From Wolbachia endosymbiont of Cimex lectularius (GTDB taxonomy: Bacteria; Pseudomonadota; Alphaproteobacteria; Rickettsiales; Anaplasmataceae), in the NCBI RefSeq assembly GCF_000829315.1, contig NZ_AP013028.1, forward strand, positions 1-32,000: a DNA stretch of 32,000 nt, given 5' to 3'. The notes under the pieces are model-generated. The model ran no database searches, was not told where the DNA came from, and worked only from the letters and a program-made list of their open reading frames with translations. The stretch's first letter is position 1. Each line of letters begins with the position of its first letter. Shown piece by piece: positions 27,711 to 32,000 of the stretch. The position numbers and the translations under genes are program-made.

Positions 27711-28090
27711 TAAAAAATTTACTAAATAGAGAAAAAAGCAAAAGAAACCCCGGTCGGTGGCTAATTATTTATATGTACCTCAAATATCGGCGTTTTTACT
27801 CTCAGCGCTACGATTCAGCTACTTTTAAATGCAAATAACCAAAACTGTAAACATTAAGAAATTTACTAGCGGAAAAAAAGGCAAAAAAACTCTGAGGCAG
27901 CTAGTATTCAAATTCTCCCTTGTCTATTTGACGTTCTATATTGTCTTAAACGACTTATAAGCGCGTTTCAGCTTGTATAGGTAAAAACCAAAAGTTTTAA
28001 AAAGATGTGAGGTGCACAGATTGCGAAGATAAACAAATAGCTTCAATACTATGATAATGGGTTTGGAGGAACTTGTCAAGTAGTTTTTGC
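27711..28090 (-). repeat. Promoter-bearing modular repeat, copy F
   Basis: The reverse complement gives caaaaactacttgacaag-N-tatcat, then ttgaagctatt, the conserved body ...acaagctgaaacgcgcttataagtcgtttaagac, and two 3' modules. Confidence 0.85.
28051..28079 (-). promoter_or_regulatory. Sigma70-type promoter TTGACA-N17-TATCAT in repeat copy F
   Basis: Minus-strand TTGACA at 28079-28074 and TATCAT at 28056-28051. Confidence 0.4.
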
Positions 28091-28277
28091 ATTCAATTTT
28101 CAGCCCCGTCTCTATGGCTTAGATTCCACTTGGATGACATCTTTCTGGCAGGCTCGAATCACAATGTTCTTACGGTTGTGCGCTCTTCCCGAGTATTCTG
28201 CGGTGCTCATCTGCGCTGCTCCTAAAAATTCCTTACCATAATGCAAGAGATCTAGTACAGAATGACGCAAAAATAGC

Positions 28278-28784
28278 TTATTTTGTGTGGCACAAATCGT
28301 GCATTTTTTGATATGCCTTTTGAAAACCAAGTAGAGAATAAGTGTCATCAACGGTTGCTGCTTTTGTTTTTCCATTGACCACCATTGATAATCCTTGCTT
28401 CATCTTGAGAATTAACTCTTGGTCTGTTTTTGTGTGCTCTGCCCATGCGAGACTCCCCTGTATTATGGGCAATGTATATTTGACTTTTTTATCAACATTA
28501 AGAATTACAGGCTCCTTATCGTACTGAAAACCAGAGGTAACGCTGACCTCGTCTGCTTTTTTATCGACATAACTAACCATTACATACGGCTTACGATCAG
28601 TTGTATAATGCTCACTTTTCTTCTTAGGATAAGACACGATGTAGCACACTTTTTCCCCATCTTCTAATGCAGTATACACAAGCCAATCTTTATATTTTTC
28701 TTTCAATTGCACATCACTAACCGATGCAAGAGCACTTACTGAAAAAAATGTTAAAAGTACAAAAAACCTACGCATGCAAGCCAA
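28278..28784 (-). CDS. Periplasmic/secreted protein, IalB (invasion-associated locus B)-like
   Basis: 168 aa, signal peptide (RRFFVLLTFFSVSALA), size and C-terminal ...YSLLGFQKAYQKMHDLC pattern reminiscent of the IalB family. Overlaps the rpoH 3' end by 17 nt (8 nt if it starts at MRRFF). Confidence 0.5.
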   Translation of the reverse strand: MACMRRFFVLLTFFSVSALASVSDVQLKEKYKDWLVYTALEDGEKVCYIVSYPKKKSEHYTTDRKPYVMVSYVDKKADEVSVTSGFQYDKEPVILNVDKKVKYTLPIIQGSLAWAEHTKTDQELILKMKQGLSMVVNGKTKAATVDDTYSLLGFQKAYQKMHDLCHTK

Positions 28785-29661
28785 ATTTTAAACTCTCCGA
28801 TTGTATATGTTGTCTTACCTTACTCATCGCCTGCTCAGCTAGCTGTCTTATTCTTTCTCTTGAAACACCATATTTTTTACTAAGCTCATCTAGAGTTTGA
28901 GTGTTTTCAGACAAATATCTACTGACAAAGATGTCTCTTGACCTTTCGTTAAGGTTTGCCAGCGCATTGTTTAAAATTGTTTCTTTTAATTCTTTCTCTT
29001 CATAATTTTGGTAAGTTATTTCTTGACTAACCGAGTTACATGGAATCATATCTTGTAACTCCTTTTTAGAGTCATCACCTATCTTTATACACTTATTTAG
29101 CGACTGATCCTTACAAGCTAAACGGTAACCCATCTGTACAACATCTCCTTCAGATACAGAAAGTTCATTGGATATTGCTTTTATTTCCTCATTACTTAAA
29201 GTTTCTCTGTTTGTATATCGCAAAATTCTTTTTTTTATTTTACGCAAACTAAAAAATAGCTTTCTTTGCGCCTGTGTTGTGCCTATTTTTACAAACGACC
29301 AAGATTTCAATATAAAGTCTTTTATTGAAGCTTCAATCCACCACACTGCATAAGTTGAAAAGCGAAACCCTAAATCAGGATTAAACTTTTTCACTGCATG
29401 CATTAAACCCATGTTTCCTTCCATGACCAGATCCATAAGCAGCAGCCCATAGTTTTTGAACTTCATTGCAATTTTCACTACCAAATTCAAATGACTGGTA
29501 ATCAACTTATGAGCGGAAGAAATATCTTTATATTGGTGCCAATTTTTTGCTAATCGTACTTCTTCTTCTTGGGAAAGCATAGGAAATTTTCGCACTTCAG
29601 CAATATACTGCGTGAGATTAGTGCTACTGTTAACACATAAGCTTGCTGTTGGGATTAACAT
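28768..29661 (-). CDS. rpoH: RNA polymerase sigma-32 (heat shock) factor RpoH
   Basis: 297 aa with sigma70 regions 2-4 and an RpoH box (QRKLFFSLRKIK). Confidence 0.92.
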   Translation of the reverse strand: MLIPTASLCVNSSTNLTQYIAEVRKFPMLSQEEEVRLAKNWHQYKDISSAHKLITSHLNLVVKIAMKFKNYGLLLMDLVMEGNMGLMHAVKKFNPDLGFRFSTYAVWWIEASIKDFILKSWSFVKIGTTQAQRKLFFSLRKIKKRILRYTNRETLSNEEIKAISNELSVSEGDVVQMGYRLACKDQSLNKCIKIGDDSKKELQDMIPCNSVSQEITYQNYEEKELKETILNNALANLNERSRDIFVSRYLSENTQTLDELSKKYGVSRERIRQLAEQAMSKVRQHIQSESLKFGLHA

Positions 29662-29828
29662 AACAACTTAAATTAAAACTCCATACATATAATATATTGA
29701 TTTTCCAGCAAAAATTCAAGATTTAATTTAAAAAAGTACGTATATCTCTGCAGCCAACTAGGGCCTCAAATGTCTTAGCACTGGCTGCCAGCATATAACT
29801 CCATAAACTAAAGTAGCCTACATATGTC

Positions 29829-29908
29829 ATTCCAGTGCTGAAAAACACTGGAATCCACATTTTTTTTCTAGGTCCCAGCATCAGTTACTTGAATGACAAA
29901 ACTGGGAC
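29829..29908. repeat. Two hairpin repeats between wsp and rpoH
   Basis: attccagtg(29829-29837)/cactggaat(29846-29854) followed by a T8 run. Also gtcccag(29872-29878)/ctgggac(29902-29908). Confidence 0.8.
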
Positions 29909-29932
29909 AACAAGAAGAGCTGCTAAGATTGA

Positions 29933-30628
29933 CTAGAAGTTAAATGCCACTCCAGCTTCTGCACCAATAGTGCTGTAAAGGACTTTGTATACGCCTTCAT
30001 CAGTAACCTTTTTGGTTGTATCGCCAGGATGTGCAGGATCTTGTTTTTGCCCATCAAAGCTAGCGCCATAAGAGCCGAAATAGCGAGCACCAGCGTAAAG
30101 CTTGATTTCTGGAGTTACATCATAGCTAACACCAGCTTTTGCTTGGTAAGCAAAACCAAATCCATGTTTTTTATCTCCCACAGGGCTCTTTAAAGGGTTG
30201 CTGAGATATGCTGCACCAACACCAATGCCAACATACGGAGTAATAGGCATATCCTCAATTGCTACATCATAATACACATTAACTAGCCCTGACATTACTG
30301 ATAAATTATCTGCAAATGGATTAACTGTATCTTTGTTGTTGTTGAGTTGTGAGTAAAGCGCTTCAACATCAACTCTAATGTCATCCATTTTGTAACCAAA
30401 TGCACCACCGCCAGCCATAAAAGAAGCTTTGAAAGGATCAACTTTGTCAGGATTCGGTATACCACTAACTTCTGTTTTAAAAGGTGAAAATTCACCATTG
30501 TACTGCAGGCGAATGTAGTAGCTAGTTTCTTCATCAGCTATTGGACCAACAGGATCTGAGAAAGCAGCGTTTGATAAACTTAGCAACGTCACTAAAGCGG
30601 TTGCTGAAAAAAACTTTTTATAATGCAT
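29933..30628 (-). CDS. wsp: Wolbachia surface protein (major outer membrane protein, surface-antigen family)
   Basis: 231 aa. MHYKKFFSATALVTLLSLSNAAFSDPVGPI... signal peptide and conserved WSP blocks (AGGGAFGYKMDDIRVDVE, PYVGIGVGAAY, AGARYFGSYGA, GAEAGVAFNF). Confidence 0.92.
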   Translation of the reverse strand: MHYKKFFSATALVTLLSLSNAAFSDPVGPIADEETSYYIRLQYNGEFSPFKTEVSGIPNPDKVDPFKASFMAGGGAFGYKMDDIRVDVEALYSQLNNNKDTVNPFADNLSVMSGLVNVYYDVAIEDMPITPYVGIGVGAAYLSNPLKSPVGDKKHGFGFAYQAKAGVSYDVTPEIKLYAGARYFGSYGASFDGQKQDPAHPGDTTKKVTDEGVYKVLYSTIGAEAGVAFNF

Positions 30629-30962
30629 AATTACCCTCGTTAAAAAAAAAATTAAAATTCCACTTTAGCAATTTAAGTAAAAACTAAAGTTAAGTCAAGT
30701 ACTAACTTAATAACATAAAATATTTGACATTTAAACCAATTTTTAAGGGTAAGGTAAAAATTTTATTAATAAAAAGACAATTATATAACTTTTTACCTTT
30801 AATTTTTTGGTATTTTCTCACTGACTCTAGTATTTCTTTGCTTTCTGCATACCATCTTCGCTGCTGCGATTTCTTTCATCTTTGCATGACGTTTCGGGTA
30901 CAGTATATGAAATAATGCTAGTACCAGAGATACAGAAACCTAGTTAGCGATACAGAGAACTT

Positions 30963-31295
30963 TTAAAAGGGAAGTTTAAACCCAGGTGGTAACCCCATCA
31001 TACCTGCAAGATCAGAGGTTGCATTTGCCATGTCTTCCTCTGCCTTTTTAATGGCATCGTTGAATGCTGCCGTTACTAAATCTTCTACTATATCTTTCTC
31101 CTCGTTTCTCATAAGCTCTAAGTCTATGCTTACTTTCTTAGCTTTGTAACTACCTATTTTTACAACTTCCACCAACACAGAAACTTTGCCACCCCCGGAA
31201 ATACCTTGAAACTCTTTCCCAATGTACTTCTCTTGAGCTTCTGCAAGCTTTTTTTGCATCTCTTGTGCTTGCTTCGTTATTTGACTAAAATCCAT
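30963..31295 (-). CDS. ybaB: Nucleoid-associated protein YbaB/EbfC
   Basis: 110 aa with the typical YbaB sequence (QAQEMQKKL...GGGKVSV...AAFNDAIKKAEE...GLPPGFKLPF). Directly downstream of dnaX, as in many bacteria. Confidence 0.9.
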   Translation of the reverse strand: MDFSQITKQAQEMQKKLAEAQEKYIGKEFQGISGGGKVSVLVEVVKIGSYKAKKVSIDLELMRNEEKDIVEDLVTAAFNDAIKKAEEDMANATSDLAGMMGLPPGFKLPF

Positions 31296-31298
31296 AAC

Positions 31299-32000
31299 CT
31301 ACTCCTTATTCTCTATATTAACTACCTTTGCACCCTTAAATGTATCAAGTATATTCCTGACTACAGGTGCGTAATTTAAATTACTTACTTCCCTGCTCAT
31401 ATAGCCTGCATCAACTGTGACAACCCATTCTTGCCGAGTCACTTGATTTAAGTAATTTTTCAAGTCATTACAAAAACTGTTGTCCAGCCGAGATACGGCT
31501 CTTAATTTTAAATACCCAGGTTTGCAATCCACTAATTGTAGATTACTACATAGCTGTTTGTAAAGATAAATTTGGTTATTCTGTCGTAATAGTTGCAGAA
31601 TTTTATCAAAATCGTAATTTTTTTGCTGTGCACTCTCTGCGTCACGCATATTCCTTTGCTGGGTATTCTGCGTAAGAACTTTTTTGACTACTTGCTCAGG
31701 GGAAGGTAAATCAGAAAGATAACAGAGGCTAATTAACATCATTTCAGCAGCAATATCGTTACATGTTGAAGTTTTTATATCCTGAACTCCCTTGAGCAAC
31801 ATCTTCCACAATCTCGAAAAAAATATTAAAGACTTCTTTGCACTTAAGTCTTTTATCCTGTTCTTTTCACATTCTATAACTGAACTATCGATTTCTTTTG
31901 TGATCAAATAACGGCATATTAATTGGATTGTTTGCAATAGACCCTCGAAGACACTGAGTGGGTTTGCTGTCTTTATTGCCTTGTCGAATACTGACAGAGC
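31299..32000 (-). CDS. dnaX: DNA polymerase III subunit gamma/tau, C-terminal part (partial, runs off the window)
   Basis: The frame stays open to position 32000. The extra 21 codons read ALSVFDKAIKTANPLSVFEGL, matching the DnaX RDALSLLDQAI region. Conserved dnaX-ybaB order. Confidence 0.8.
   Translation of the reverse strand, partial: ALSVFDKAIKTANPLSVFEGLLQTIQLICRYLITKEIDSSVIECEKNRIKDLSAKKSLIFFSRLWKMLLKGVQDIKTSTCNDIAAEMMLISLCYLSDLPSPEQVVKKVLTQNTQQRNMRDAESAQQKNYDFDKILQLLRQNNQIYLYKQLCSNLQLVDCKPGYLKLRAVSRLDNSFCNDLKNYLNQVTRQEWVVTVDAGYMSREVSNLNYAPVVRNILDTFKGAKVVNIENKE

Noticed and set aside
29829-29865. The hairpin attccagtg/cactggaat followed by T8 as a terminator.
   Set aside because: The T-run is on the plus strand, but both neighbouring genes (wsp, rpoH) are on the minus strand. 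On the minus strand no U-tract follows the stem. It is treated as a member of the hairpin repeat family only.

Overview
AT-rich window whose gene content points to a Wolbachia-like Anaplasmataceae chromosome starting at dnaA; this assignment is inferred and no search was run. Housekeeping genes: dnaA, a secreted metallophosphoesterase, tRNA-Leu(GAG), cckA-like hybrid histidine kinase, hemF, a polytopic transporter-like protein, acnA, recG, an IalB-like protein, rpoH, wsp, ybaB and partial dnaX. The classic ribA-virB8-virB9-virB10-virB11-virD4-wspB type IV secretion cluster is present. Its wspB is broken by a 1-nt deletion in a T5 run, and VirD4 ends in a 66-bp tandem acidic repeat. Two apparently identical 860-bp IS5-family elements lie in inverted orientation and bracket 12.5 kb. 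A relatively GC-rich, stop-dense stretch abutting the second IS may be the 5' part of a group II intron. A J-domain + ankyrin + TM protein is a candidate secreted effector. The least explained signal is in the long intergenic spacers. One modular repeat family (6 loci, about 7% of the window) carries a consensus or near-consensus sigma70 promoter followed by conserved non-coding modules. A second family consists of nested hairpin/palindromic MITE-like repeats. No rRNA or CRISPR array was seen.
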